Counted from the first letter of the stretch, positions 28,183-38,428 are shown. The stretch: DNA of 64,000 nt from Roseibacillus sp. (GCA_051251855.1 JBPOGI010000001.1:480001-544000); one strand, 5' to 3'. Numbers and translations are program-made. The notes: generated from the sequence alone by a model not told the origin.

Positions 28183-30267
28183 CTAATTCATGGATCGGAG
28201 AGCGTCGCTCCAGTCTGGGATCCCGATGACGGGAAGGTAGGGTGCGCAGGCGGCGTCTTCTTTAGAAGAGCCGAGAGCTTGATAGAGATGCCAGATGGGC
28301 TTTTTGCCCAGAGGGTCGGTAGCGTCGTCGGGAAACTTACGAAGGCCGATGCGAAGGTTGCCTTCGTGTCGATTGTCGATCCAGTTGTGATACTGCCACA
28401 TCTCAATGGTTTCCAATCCTTGGATTTTTTTCCAAGCGTAGGCCATTCCGGCCGCTTGGTCGCGGAGAGATTCCGGCGAGTAATCGGGGGAGTTGAAACC
28501 GTTCTCGGAGAGATGGACGGGGCGGGTATTGCCATAGCGGTCGCGCATGTCGGGACGCTTCATCCAGGCGTCGAGAACTTCGATGTTGTGAGGGGTGATT
28601 TTTTTGGAGTCAAAGCTCATCGTAGCCTGGTTGTCTTCCCAAGTTCGCGGATGGCGCAGAGACTGGGGGTAGGGATGGTGGGCGAGTGCCCAAGGAAAGT
28701 CTCCTTCAGCTTTCGTCCAGCGAACAAATTCCTCCATGATATCGCGGGAGGGATAGAAGCGCTTGTTGACGGTTTCGGCCCAGTGGTGGGTGAGGGAGAT
28801 GAAGGTGCGCGCATTGGGGTTTTGCTCGCGGGCGATGAGGTCGACGAGTCGGCAAGAGCGATGGTAGAAATCGAGGTAATAGGCGAGGGGCTTTTCGCCA
28901 CAGTTGGTCCAAGTCCAACCGGCATCGACCTCGTTGTGAACAATGTAGTGATGAATGCGGCCGTATTTGCCATCGGGGCGGGAGTATCGGCTGGCGAGCA
29001 GATGAAGAGCGGCACCATACATTTCGACCGCCTTCTGACTGTCCATATTGGGCATAGAAAAAATGCCTTCGGGGTGGGCATCAGGGTGACCCATGGTTTG
29101 GACGGCGGAGTCGCTGCTGCGAGCAGGGTTGCCAAGAAGGAGCACAGGGGAGACGAGGGCGTTGTTCTTGGCGGCGGCTAACATGGTGGCATCGTGGCCG
29201 GCCAGCGCGCGTTGGTTAGCGTAGAAGGTTCGGCCTTGCCACTGGAAGGGCTCGTGGTTTGGCTTGGGAGAATTGGAGAGAAGGGTTTGCAGCACGATGT
29301 TGACGGTGACGGCAGAGATGTCTAGGGCTTCCAGTTCGCCGTGAGGAACTCGTCTGGCGGACCAACCGCCGAGCCCCTTTTTATGGCGTGGATTGACCGC
29401 TGGGAGATGGGGATTGAGGGATTGAATATGGTCGGGGTAGCGGGCGTGGGAGAGGAGGGTGCGCTTGGTTCCGTGCACTTGCACGAGTTGCCAACGCGAG
29501 GTGAGTCGATCGTATTTTTGCCCGAGCCGGTCACGATGACGAGGGAAGGTGAGAGTGGTGGCTTGGCCTGATGAGGGAGAGACGGGAATGAGAAACTCGA
29601 AGCGCGTGGGGTCGTCCATGGCTCGAAAGATAGGCACCTCGGCAAGGTGGATTTGGTTGGTGGGTTTGTTTATGCGGAAGGTGACTTCGATTTCATTTGG
29701 GGTGACCGAGATGTTCTCAATGGTGTTCTCGAATTGAGCGGGAAGGTAAGTGGCGATAGCTTGTTGCCTTTTTTGGACCTTACCATCGAAGCGTTGATCG
29801 AATTCGTCGGGTTTGAGAGGGCGTAGTCGGAGATTGCGGAGTTGGAGAGAGGCTCCAGGTGGGAGGTGAAAGTCGAGGCGAAGTTGCTCAAGGGCTTCCA
29901 TGTCTCCTGGGAGTCCGGCGAGAGGGGTGGAGTAGGGGGTCCAAGCTTCGGCATGGAAGAGGGGTCGAAGGGAAAGCCCTTCGTCAGGTTCGGTAGTGGG
30001 GGATGAAAATGCGAGAATCTTGGGGCAGCCCCCTAGGGAAAAGACCTCAGCTTCGAGAACGGTTTCGTTAGCTGAAGGGGGACTGGAAGGGACAAGGGTG
30101 AGGCTAGCAAGCCCATCTGCGGTGAGGCCGATGACACCTTGGTCGCTGTGGGTGACTCGGTTCTTGTCGAGAGAAGTGGGGGTGAGCTTCAAGGGAGTGA
30201 CTGCGAAGAGTGCCGCTGTCATTGAAAACCAAGTGAAGGCTATGAAGTGAATTCGTAATTTCAACAC
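28183..30267 (-). CDS. DUF5722-type secreted putative glycoside hydrolase (TIM barrel)
   Basis: KKGL, IVHNEVD, AHHPYP and HLSENG motifs; signal peptide. Confidence 0.75.
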   Translation of the reverse strand: MLKLRIHFIAFTWFSMTAALFAVTPLKLTPTSLDKNRVTHSDQGVIGLTADGLASLTLVPSSPPSANETVLEAEVFSLGGCPKILAFSSPTTEPDEGLSLRPLFHAEAWTPYSTPLAGLPGDMEALEQLRLDFHLPPGASLQLRNLRLRPLKPDEFDQRFDGKVQKRQQAIATYLPAQFENTIENISVTPNEIEVTFRINKPTNQIHLAEVPIFRAMDDPTRFEFLIPVSPSSGQATTLTFPRHRDRLGQKYDRLTSRWQLVQVHGTKRTLLSHARYPDHIQSLNPHLPAVNPRHKKGLGGWSARRVPHGELEALDISAVTVNIVLQTLLSNSPKPNHEPFQWQGRTFYANQRALAGHDATMLAAAKNNALVSPVLLLGNPARSSDSAVQTMGHPDAHPEGIFSMPNMDSQKAVEMYGAALHLLASRYSRPDGKYGRIHHYIVHNEVDAGWTWTNCGEKPLAYYLDFYHRSCRLVDLIAREQNPNARTFISLTHHWAETVNKRFYPSRDIMEEFVRWTKAEGDFPWALAHHPYPQSLRHPRTWEDNQATMSFDSKKITPHNIEVLDAWMKRPDMRDRYGNTRPVHLSENGFNSPDYSPESLRDQAAGMAYAWKKIQGLETIEMWQYHNWIDNRHEGNLRIGLRKFPDDATDPLGKKPIWHLYQALGSSKEDAACAPYLPVIGIPDWSDALRSMN

Positions 30268-30439
30268 TCTCAGTTACGGTCTTAAGGCGGGGTTCTTCCT
30301 TAGTTTGAGCGATTTTTGTCTTTCGATAATGTCTGAGAAGAGGCATTTCTCGAAACGAAAGTGAGGGTGCGATTCGCTCACTTGTCTGAATACACAGTTG
30401 CTTTTGGGAGTCCCATGGGGGAACTGTTGAAAAATTAGC

Positions 30440-31153
30440 ATGAAAACACTTTTACTTACTTCTGTCCTCTTCCTGTCTGGAATGCTTGGAGCGCAGGCAC
30501 AATTGCCCGATGCGGATGATGTTTTGCGCACGGCTCGCTACGTGGCGACTCTGAATAGCACGAGCTTGAAGGGAAAGCTGCGCAAGGATAATAGAGAGGT
30601 GCCTATCGCGCTCTTTTTGATCGAAGGGCAGGGAATTGAGTTCCAATATTTGGTGGGGAAAACCTATCAGAAGTTTCAGCTGAAGCTGGCCGATGATGAG
30701 TATGATCTCTTCGAGGGGGTGGGTTCGAAAATCAAACGATTCGACAAAAATCGGGTGACTCAGCCGGTGATGGAAACGGACCTGACCTACGAAGATTTAG
30801 CGATGTCGTTTCTTTATTGGCCCAATGGCACCGTATTAGGTGAGGAGAATTTGGGAATCGGCCGTGATGCCTGGAAAGTCCGTCTCGTGAATCCGAGGGC
30901 AGTAGGTCGTTATAAGACGGTCGACGTTTGGGTGCATAAGAAGTCGGGAGCGTTGATGCAGATCAATGGTTACCGAGCGGATGGCAAGTGCGTCAAAGTC
31001 TTCAAAGTAACAGAAATCATGCGCGTGGGCGGTGGTGAGTATTCTCTCAAGACGATGAAGGTGCAGTCCTACGGTGAAGACGGCCGCACTACAGGGATTA
31101 CGAGCTTGGAGTTCGAGAAGCCCAAGGCGCTTGCTCCTCAGGGATTGAGGTAG
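30440..31153 (+). CDS. LolA-like outer-membrane lipoprotein-sorting family protein
   Basis: Signal peptide; TDLTYEDL motif; Y..VDVWV.K pattern. Confidence 0.75.
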   Translation: MKTLLLTSVLFLSGMLGAQAQLPDADDVLRTARYVATLNSTSLKGKLRKDNREVPIALFLIEGQGIEFQYLVGKTYQKFQLKLADDEYDLFEGVGSKIKRFDKNRVTQPVMETDLTYEDLAMSFLYWPNGTVLGEENLGIGRDAWKVRLVNPRAVGRYKTVDVWVHKKSGALMQINGYRADGKCVKVFKVTEIMRVGGGEYSLKTMKVQSYGEDGRTTGITSLEFEKPKALAPQGLR

Positions 31154-31207
31154 ATTTCCACAGCGCCAGCTCTTGTGGCGGGAGGGTTCCTTGGCTAGAA
31201 CGTTGGG

Positions 31208-34200
31208 ATGCAACAGTTTCCCTTTTCGTTTCTGGCGGTGACTCTCATGGCGCTTGGGAGTGCTCTTGGCAGTGACTCGGCGCAGACTTTGGAGGAGGCA
31301 ACTGGGATTGTGGAGGCTTGGCATCCCGAGCAGCACCTCTACGTGAAGGGGAAGGTTAACCTGAATGCCCGGCAGTTGGGAGAGCTTGAGAAGTGGCTCG
31401 ATGAAAAGGCGAAGAACTGGACGGTGGTCTTGGTGAGCTCGGCGCGAGGAGAAAGTTATCAGGGAAAGAGGGGGATTGATGCGGTGGAAGCAATCATGGA
31501 AACAGAGTTACTGGGAAGGACTTCGTTTGGGGAGCTCCGTTCATCGGTGACAGGAGATCGTTCGGGAGCGTTTTTTGTGATTTATCTTCAAGAGCGAAAG
31601 TTCTCCTACTTTGGGGGTGACCATTACGAAGACCGGGGGTTGGGTGGGAACCGGTTTGCGGGTTATTTGGATTCGGCGGCCATTCGGGCGATGCGCAATG
31701 GAGGTAGAGTGGCCGATGCAGTCCGTGGGACCATTGAACTGATTGATGGGAAGGTTGAACAGAAACTGCGGCAAAAGAAGCGTTCGCAGCAGGCTGCTCA
31801 AGCGGCGCAGGCCGCACGTCGCCGAGAAGCATTGAGTACCATCGAGGGAGGGGAGAAAATGGTGCAGGATTTTAAAAAGGAGCTCGTTGAGTTTCGAAAA
31901 GTAGAGGGCGTTTTGATGGGACCTCTCGCTCAGACGAACACGGTGACCTGGGAGGAGTCCTTTCAGCAAGCAAGGTTCTTTCAGACTAATGGTAAGGTAG
32001 AGGTGGCGGCTGGTATCGCGGATGCGACCCAAGCTGAGATTCAGGCGAGGAGTCGTCTCTTACGTGATTATGAGACCACAGGGAATATGTTGATAGATAT
32101 CGAGGAGAGGCTTTCAGAGCTTGAACTTCACCCTCATCATCGGGGGGGAGAAGAGCGGCGTTCCTTTCTGATGGAGCAACTGGAGTCAGCCAGGGAGGCG
32201 CATCAACAAGGGCAGACTTACTACTACTCAAGAGCTCAGAACTTGAGTCAAGCTTTCGAAAGACTCCTGCAGTCGGACGAATTTGCAGCCGAAGATTACC
32301 GGAGAAAAGTGGAACGAGCGGCCGTTAAGAAACGGCAGCGGGATGTCGCTTTGACTGCAGCGGGAGGCAGCACTGGGGGATTGCTTTTGCTTGGTGGCGT
32401 CTACGGAAATCGTCGGCGCCGCAGTGCCAAGGAGAAAGCGGAAGCTCTCTTGAAGCAGCGGCGGGAAGAGATGAAGGAGGTGTCCAATGACTTAATGGAC
32501 CTCATCGACTGGGCAGCGTTGGTGGTCGGACCCATGGACCAGTTGGAAGAGCGAGGCTATCAAGGAGAGACTTTGTTAGTCAGTCGGCGAGGACTGGCGG
32601 CGGTGGACAGAGCATTTGTGATTTCCTCCCATGTCCAAGATTTGATTGAAAAGGGAGCGCATCTCATTGAACCCAAAAATCCCTTGGGAGGGGCGCGCAA
32701 TTTGGTGAGTCAGGGGGCGTATCAGCAAGCGATTGAGTTATTAGATTCCGAAGTGCTTTGTCAGCCCGGCTCGCCTCCTCCGCTTCCGGATTCTGCCAGA
32801 GCCCGGAAGTTAGAGCGGTTGGGCTCGTTAGATGAGGAAGACTTTTTGTTGGAGCTTCCTCATTGGCAGGCGCGGTTACAAGCGGCGTTGGCAGAAGGGA
32901 AGGCAGCTTTGGGAGAGGTCGATCAAGCTTGGTCGACGATTGTTGAACGACGGGAGGGACTGCGGACTGCGATTGTTCAGCTCAAGCATTTGGAGGGGAA
33001 GATTGATGATTGGATGGCGGATGGGTGGCTGCAGTTGGATGCTCTCTTTACCCAATGGATTCCAAAGATGGAGCAGGAGCAGTTGGATGGGGCGGATTTA
33101 GCAAAGGGAGATCCGGTGGCGGCCTTGGACGGTCCAATCTTTGTCGGAGAACAGATGGCCGCTGAGGCGGGGGCATTAATTGCCGGGGTGGTGGGCTTTC
33201 GAGAGCAACGCTGGGAGCACGTTTTGGAACATGACCGGGGGCTTGAGAGGCTGGGGCGTCATACCGTCTGGTTGGAGCGAGAGATGGATCAGTTTACGCA
33301 AGAGGGTGAGGAGCTTTGTCTGGCAGGTTGCGAGAAGTCGGTGGCCAGTGGAGTGGAACTGCAGACGAGCGCGTTGATGGCATTTGCGGATCGAGTCGAG
33401 CAGTCCCTTTTGGAGGCGCGGCGTGCGGAAGAAGAGGTGAAGCCGGCTCTGGCGGCTGCAACGACCTTGGTTAGGCAAACTCGAGAATCCTTGGGGCGGC
33501 GACTGAAAGTCGAAAGTGATTTGGTATTGAAGGAGGACGAGGGGAGAAATCCTGATGAACATCTTGCGGAAGGCCGAGCACAGCGGGAGGCCGCCTTGGC
33601 AGCGATTGATAACGGAGAAGCCATTGCGGCGGAGGCTTTCTTGGATGAGTCCGAGCGATTGGTAGCGAGTGCGCGGGGCTTGGTTCAGGAGTCGGAGGAT
33701 GTTTTTGCAAAGTTCCCTCAGCGACATCGAGAACTTTCGACTTCTCATCAGCGAGCTGATGAGCATGGGACCACGGTTTCGGTCTTAGTGGATTCCTTAC
33801 GCAAGGATTACTCATCGAGTGCCTTGTTAGTCAATCTGGAAGAGGACACAGGAGCCAATTATGCCCATGCGCCTGTTCTCTTGAAAAAGGCTTCTGCAGA
33901 TGTGGTGGACTCTCTTGCGAAAGCTCAGAATGTTTTTGAAGAGGCTCAGCTTTTAGAGGCAAGAGCGCTCCTGAATAGGAGTGAGCAGGAAATTGTAAGC
34001 AGAGAAGAACTTTGTGTTGAGGTTGAGGCGAGAAAAGAGGAGCTCGTCCGCCTAGAGAAGGAGAGTTCTTTGCTGCTAGAGAAGCTGAAACGGGAGTGCG
34101 ACGATTTGGCAGAGCCCATTACTGACCGACGGGTGATGGCTGCCACGGTTGCGCTATTTGTGGAGGTCGAATCGCAAAGGGATGTTGCGATGGAAGCGAC

Positions 34201-34987
34201 GCTTGCCACGGGGACCGCTAATGACCCTTATCGAGCCGCAGCTTCACTTGCAGATTTGAGCGAGCGTTTGACAGTTGTGAGAGGGGAGGTTGCAAATGAC
34301 CTAGAGATTTACCAAAAGACAGTGCATTCCATGAAGCAAGCTCGGGCGGCTGAGGCGAAGGGGCTTGAATTGGTGAGGGCGGGCCAGAATGATGGGGTGA
34401 CGGATAGCAAGCGGCTGCAACGTGCGATGGGACATGTGGAAAAGGCCTCCCAGCAGCTGGCGGGGGTGAGTGTTACTTTGGAATCGAAACATGGCGACTG
34501 GCGGGAGGTTGGCAACGAGCTTGGGCTCATTCGCACCGAGTTGGGTGAGGCGAGTGTTGCCATTCGAGAGGAGTTAGAATTGGCTCGGGAAGCGATGACG
34601 CGTATTTCGCAAGCGGAGAGGCAATTGAGATCGGCTCAGAGTTGGCGGGGGCATTATGGGGTGCGTGTTGGTGGTTCGCCTGGACTGGATGCCATTGAGT
34701 CTGCAAGTGGAGCGATTCTTTCGGGAAACTATCACGATTGTATTCGCCATGCGGGTTTTGCAATTGCGGCTGCTCGGCGAGCAATTGCAGCAGCTGAAGC
34801 CGAGGAAGCAAGACGGAGACGCAATGCCGAGGCGGCTGAAAGGGCGCGGCGGGCAGCTGCTCGCCGGTCGCGCATGCGGTCGTCGACGAGGAGTTCATTT
34901 GGTTCGGGTTCGAGTTTTTCCTCGAGTTCTCGGGTGGGACGCAGCTCCTTTAGCTCCAGCTCTCGAGTGGGACGATCGGGATGGTGA
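31208..34987 (+). CDS. Large single-pass membrane protein: TPM-like N-terminal domain, long coiled coil, Ser/Arg tail (1259 aa)
   Basis: Signal peptide, one TM segment (ALTAAGGSTGGLLLLGGVYG then NRRRR), E/A/R-rich helical body and C-terminal ...GRSGW. Confidence 0.7.
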   Translation: MQQFPFSFLAVTLMALGSALGSDSAQTLEEATGIVEAWHPEQHLYVKGKVNLNARQLGELEKWLDEKAKNWTVVLVSSARGESYQGKRGIDAVEAIMETELLGRTSFGELRSSVTGDRSGAFFVIYLQERKFSYFGGDHYEDRGLGGNRFAGYLDSAAIRAMRNGGRVADAVRGTIELIDGKVEQKLRQKKRSQQAAQAAQAARRREALSTIEGGEKMVQDFKKELVEFRKVEGVLMGPLAQTNTVTWEESFQQARFFQTNGKVEVAAGIADATQAEIQARSRLLRDYETTGNMLIDIEERLSELELHPHHRGGEERRSFLMEQLESAREAHQQGQTYYYSRAQNLSQAFERLLQSDEFAAEDYRRKVERAAVKKRQRDVALTAAGGSTGGLLLLGGVYGNRRRRSAKEKAEALLKQRREEMKEVSNDLMDLIDWAALVVGPMDQLEERGYQGETLLVSRRGLAAVDRAFVISSHVQDLIEKGAHLIEPKNPLGGARNLVSQGAYQQAIELLDSEVLCQPGSPPPLPDSARARKLERLGSLDEEDFLLELPHWQARLQAALAEGKAALGEVDQAWSTIVERREGLRTAIVQLKHLEGKIDDWMADGWLQLDALFTQWIPKMEQEQLDGADLAKGDPVAALDGPIFVGEQMAAEAGALIAGVVGFREQRWEHVLEHDRGLERLGRHTVWLEREMDQFTQEGEELCLAGCEKSVASGVELQTSALMAFADRVEQSLLEARRAEEEVKPALAAATTLVRQTRESLGRRLKVESDLVLKEDEGRNPDEHLAEGRAQREAALAAIDNGEAIAAEAFLDESERLVASARGLVQESEDVFAKFPQRHRELSTSHQRADEHGTTVSVLVDSLRKDYSSSALLVNLEEDTGANYAHAPVLLKKASADVVDSLAKAQNVFEEAQLLEARALLNRSEQEIVSREELCVEVEARKEELVRLEKESSLLLEKLKRECDDLAEPITDRRVMAATVALFVEVESQRDVAMEATLATGTANDPYRAAASLADLSERLTVVRGEVANDLEIYQKTVHSMKQARAAEAKGLELVRAGQNDGVTDSKRLQRAMGHVEKASQQLAGVSVTLESKHGDWREVGNELGLIRTELGEASVAIREELELAREAMTRISQAERQLRSAQSWRGHYGVRVGGSPGLDAIESASGAILSGNYHDCIRHAGFAIAAARRAIAAAEAEEARRRRNAEAAERARRAAARRSRMRSSTRSSFGSGSSFSSSSRVGRSSFSSSSRVGRSGW

Positions 34988-35072
34988 GGACCTTTTTGCT
35001 GAAGTCGACTCTCCTATCCCAGAGGGAGCTTTCGAGCTTGCGAAGAGTTTGAAATAGGGGAGAATATCGAGT

Positions 35073-35399
35073 GTGAAGGAAATTTTTAGAAGTGGTCATC
35101 TGGGTAAAGTAGGGCTTCTGGCTGACCGCTTGAGGGCGGAAGGGGTGGAGGTCTTTGTGAGGAATGAGAATCTGTCTGTGACTGAAATGCAGATTCCTGA
35201 ATTTTTCCCGGCCATTTGTGTGATGAATCAGGAGGATGAGGAGACTGCGTTGAAGCTCCTGCGTGTATTTTTGGCGGAGGAAAAGCGTCCGCTGGGGCCA
35301 GAGTGGAAGTGTGATGAGTGTGGCGAGGGAGTGCCGGATTCGATGCAAGAGTGTTGGTCTTGTCAGGCTGCTCGACCCGCGGTGGCGGTGGGAGAGTGA
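35073..35399 (+). CDS. DUF2007-like protein with C-terminal zinc ribbon
   Basis: LRAEGVEVFVRNENL plus WKCDECGE...CWSC; GTG start. Confidence 0.8.
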   Translation: MKEIFRSGHLGKVGLLADRLRAEGVEVFVRNENLSVTEMQIPEFFPAICVMNQEDEETALKLLRVFLAEEKRPLGPEWKCDECGEGVPDSMQECWSCQAARPAVAVGE

Positions 35400-35448
35400 T
35401 TATGAGGCTGGGCCTTTCTTTTTGGGAAAGGAAACCTAGACTGTCGCT

Positions 35449-35700
35449 ATGGAGTTTGCGGAAATCGATCAGGAGCAGTGGCGGATGCTCTACGAGGATC
35501 TCTGCGTCTATCGAATGCCGTTCGGGAAATACAAGGGGCGCTTGTTGGTGGCGTTGCCGGATGAGTATTTGATGTGGTTTAAGGATAAGGGATTCCCGAC
35601 GGGGCGTCTCGGTGAGCTGATGGTTTTTGTTTACGAGGTGAAGATGGCGGGGGCTGAAGAGGTCTTTGATCCGATTCGGCGCGCCGAGCAAAGGAAGTAA
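35449..35700 (+). CDS. DUF3820-family protein
   Basis: MPFGKYKGRLLVALPDEYLMWF...GFP.G.LG. Confidence 0.85.
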   Translation: MEFAEIDQEQWRMLYEDLCVYRMPFGKYKGRLLVALPDEYLMWFKDKGFPTGRLGELMVFVYEVKMAGAEEVFDPIRRAEQRK

Positions 35701-35701
35701 G

Positions 35702-36337
35702 ATGATGGAGAGGGTTGTGGTGCCAGAGATTCTCGATGAGCTAGAGGGAAGGGACCCTCGGGCGGTGAGGAGTCGGCGAGATTTGAGGCTGATCAATGCC
35801 TTGATGGGGAACGAGCGCTGGATTGCAGGTGAGTTGGGGAAGCTGGAGGGGCTTCGGACTGTGACCGAAATGGGGGCGGGGCGCGGGGAGTTGGTGAATC
35901 GTTTGGCTGGGAAGGGGTGGACGGCAACAGGGTATGATTTGCAACCGAAGCCGGAGAGTCTGGTGAAGGGCGCGCAGTGGCGAGAGGGCGATTTTTTCCA
36001 GAGTCTTGGGGAAGACGGGGCGGATGCGGTGGTGGGGAGTTTGATTTTGCACCACTTTCAAGATTCTGAGCTTAAGGTTCTTGGAGAGTTGCTGAAGGCG
36101 AAGAAGGTTCTTCTTTTCGCGGAGCCTTTGCGGTGCCGCTTAGCGTTGTGGGAGGGATGGTCTCTCTTTCCTTTTGTGAATGGGGTGACTCGGCACGATA
36201 TGATGGTGAGTATTCGGGCGGGATTCGTGCCGGGAGAGCTTCCTCAGAAATTGGGCTTGGTCGAAGGTTGGCACTGGCGGGAGGAACGGACCTTACTGGG
36301 CGGGCTGCGCTCGGTTGCGATTCGCGAAACTCTTTGA
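35702..36337 (+). CDS. SAM-dependent methyltransferase (type III PKS-associated)
   Basis: EILD...RDLRLINALMG N-terminal motif, EMGAGRG, LILHHF and VTRHDMMVSIRAGF. Confidence 0.85.
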   Translation: MMERVVVPEILDELEGRDPRAVRSRRDLRLINALMGNERWIAGELGKLEGLRTVTEMGAGRGELVNRLAGKGWTATGYDLQPKPESLVKGAQWREGDFFQSLGEDGADAVVGSLILHHFQDSELKVLGELLKAKKVLLFAEPLRCRLALWEGWSLFPFVNGVTRHDMMVSIRAGFVPGELPQKLGLVEGWHWREERTLLGGLRSVAIRETL

Positions 36338-36365
36338 CGCAAAATTGTTAGGGTGCACCTTGAGG

Positions 36366-37394
36366 ATGAATTTGAAGTCGAAGTCCATCGAAATTGTGGG
36401 AGGGGGTATCGCAGGGTTGTCTCTTGCTGTGGGCCTTCAGAATAAAGGGGTGCCCGTGTTACTCCATGAGGCAGGGAGTTATCCTCGCCACCGTTTGTGC
36501 GGGGAGTTTGTGAATGGGGTGTCGGATGAGACTTTGGCTGCGCTCGGGTTGGGTTCGCTCATGGAGGGGGCGGAGGTGCATGAGGAGATGACGTGGTGGT
36601 TGAGGGAGGAGCAGATTGCGCGAGCGACTCTGGCGAAGCCGGTGCCTGCGCTTTCGCGGTGGGAGATGGATAGACGGATGAGCTCTCTTTTTCAGGAACT
36701 GGGCGGCGAGCTTCGCTGCCGGTCGCGGGAGGCTTGTCAACCTCGTGAGGGGCTTGTGTGGGCGGCAGGGAGGAAAATTCAGAAGAAGAGCGAGTGGCTG
36801 GGGTTGAAGGCGCATTTTATAGGTTTGAAGACTTGTTCGGGGCTTGAAATGCATTTGGGCGACGAGGGTTATGTGGGGCTGACTCCGGTGGAGGAGGGGC
36901 GGGTGAATGTTTGTGGGTTGTTTCGGCGGCGTGAGGGTTTGCAGGGGAGAGGGAGTGAACGCTTTTTGGCGCAGCTGAAGGCCTGTGGCTTGGGAGAGTT
37001 GGTCGCGCGATTGAGGGAGTCGAAGGCGGATGAGGCTTCGGTGACTGGGGTTTCGGGCATTGGTTTTGGGGCGCAGGGGCATCCGAGCGAGCTCTTGGCG
37101 GTGGGGGATGCGGAAAGAATGATTCCTCCCTTCACGGGAAACGGAATGTCGATGGCTTTTGAGGCGGCGGAAAGTGCTTTGGAGCCGCTCTGTCACTATG
37201 CGGGCGGTGATGCTGGTTGGGCTACGACGCGGGAACTGGTTCAGTCGCGCTTGGAATCCCGCTTTCGGCGTCGGATCGCTCTCGCCAAGGGGATGCATGG
37301 CTTCATACTCAAATCTCCCGCGCAAGAAGCTTTGGCGGCCATTGCCAAACCGGGCTTGCTGCCGTTCTCTTTTCTCACCCGACTCCTTACATGA
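36366..37394 (+). CDS. FAD-dependent oxidoreductase (geranylgeranyl-reductase-like)
   Basis: IVGGGIAG, PRHRLCGEF and VGDA..MIPPFTGNGM. Confidence 0.85.
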   Translation: MNLKSKSIEIVGGGIAGLSLAVGLQNKGVPVLLHEAGSYPRHRLCGEFVNGVSDETLAALGLGSLMEGAEVHEEMTWWLREEQIARATLAKPVPALSRWEMDRRMSSLFQELGGELRCRSREACQPREGLVWAAGRKIQKKSEWLGLKAHFIGLKTCSGLEMHLGDEGYVGLTPVEEGRVNVCGLFRRREGLQGRGSERFLAQLKACGLGELVARLRESKADEASVTGVSGIGFGAQGHPSELLAVGDAERMIPPFTGNGMSMAFEAAESALEPLCHYAGGDAGWATTRELVQSRLESRFRRRIALAKGMHGFILKSPAQEALAAIAKPGLLPFSFLTRLLT

Positions 37395-38428
37395 TGTTTT
37401 TACAATCGGTCGCTAAGGCCACCCCCGCCCATACCTACAAACAAGCTGATGTTTGGAACCGAATTCGACATGCTTCTCAGGTGGAAGAGTTGCAGCCGAG
37501 GTCACGGGCTTTGTTAGAGAAAGTGCTTTGTGGTGATTCGGGAATCGCACAGCGCTCGTTTGTGTTGCCTGACCCGCTGGCGCTTTTCGATATGGGGGCG
37601 GAGGAGTTGAACAATCATTATGAGAGAGAAGCTCCCAAATTAGGGGTGGCGAGTTTGAAGAAAGCTTTGGAGGATGCGGGAGTTTTGGCAGGTGAGTTAG
37701 ATGCTCTTTTTGTGTGCTCGTGCACGGGTTATCTTTGTCCGGGGTTGTCGAGCTATCTGGCGGAGCAGTCAGGAATGCGGAGTGATGCTTTTTTGCAGGA
37801 TGTGAATGGATTTGGTTGTGGGGCAGCGATTCCGATGTGGCGGGCGGCGCAGGGTTTTTTGGCCACGAATCCGAAAGCGGTGGTGGCGACCGTGGCAGTG
37901 GAGGCCTGCTCGCTCGCTTTTTTTATCAATAATGAGCCGGGAGTATTGATTAGTGCGGCCTTGTTCGGAGATGGTTCTGCCGCGGCGGTGTGGAATGGTC
38001 AGGAGAGGGCCAAGGAGGGGCAATGGCAGGCGAGCCACTTCGTGACGCATCATGTTCCGGCTGAACGGGAGAAGATTCGTTTTGTGAACAGTGGCGGATT
38101 TTTGAAGAATCAATTGCATCGCTCGGTTCCGGGGCTGGCAGGAGAGGCTGTTCAGCGTCTGTGGGAACAGAGAACGCAAGAGCCTGATGCGATTTTGTCG
38201 CACTCGGGGGGGCGCGAGGTGGTGGAAGTGGTGGAGAAGGTTGTGGGAAGAGCCTTACCTGAGACCCGGGCCGTGATGGAGCGTTTTGGCAATTGCAGTA
38301 GCCCGAGCGTGATGATGGCGCTAGATGATTGGAAGAAAAGAGAGACGGGAGAGGCTGAAAGGCTGTGGTTGACGGCGTTTGGCGCGGGTTTTTCGGCCCA
38401 TGCTTGTGAGTTGTCACGGACTGTTTGA
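37391..38428 (+). CDS. Type III polyketide synthase (chalcone/stilbene synthase family)
   Basis: SCTG, GFGC (Cys), HSGG (His), GNCSS (Asn), LFGDG and AFGAG; ATGA overlap with the upstream gene. Confidence 0.92.
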   Translation: MMFLQSVAKATPAHTYKQADVWNRIRHASQVEELQPRSRALLEKVLCGDSGIAQRSFVLPDPLALFDMGAEELNNHYEREAPKLGVASLKKALEDAGVLAGELDALFVCSCTGYLCPGLSSYLAEQSGMRSDAFLQDVNGFGCGAAIPMWRAAQGFLATNPKAVVATVAVEACSLAFFINNEPGVLISAALFGDGSAAAVWNGQERAKEGQWQASHFVTHHVPAEREKIRFVNSGGFLKNQLHRSVPGLAGEAVQRLWEQRTQEPDAILSHSGGREVVEVVEKVVGRALPETRAVMERFGNCSSPSVMMALDDWKKRETGEAERLWLTAFGAGFSAHACELSRTV

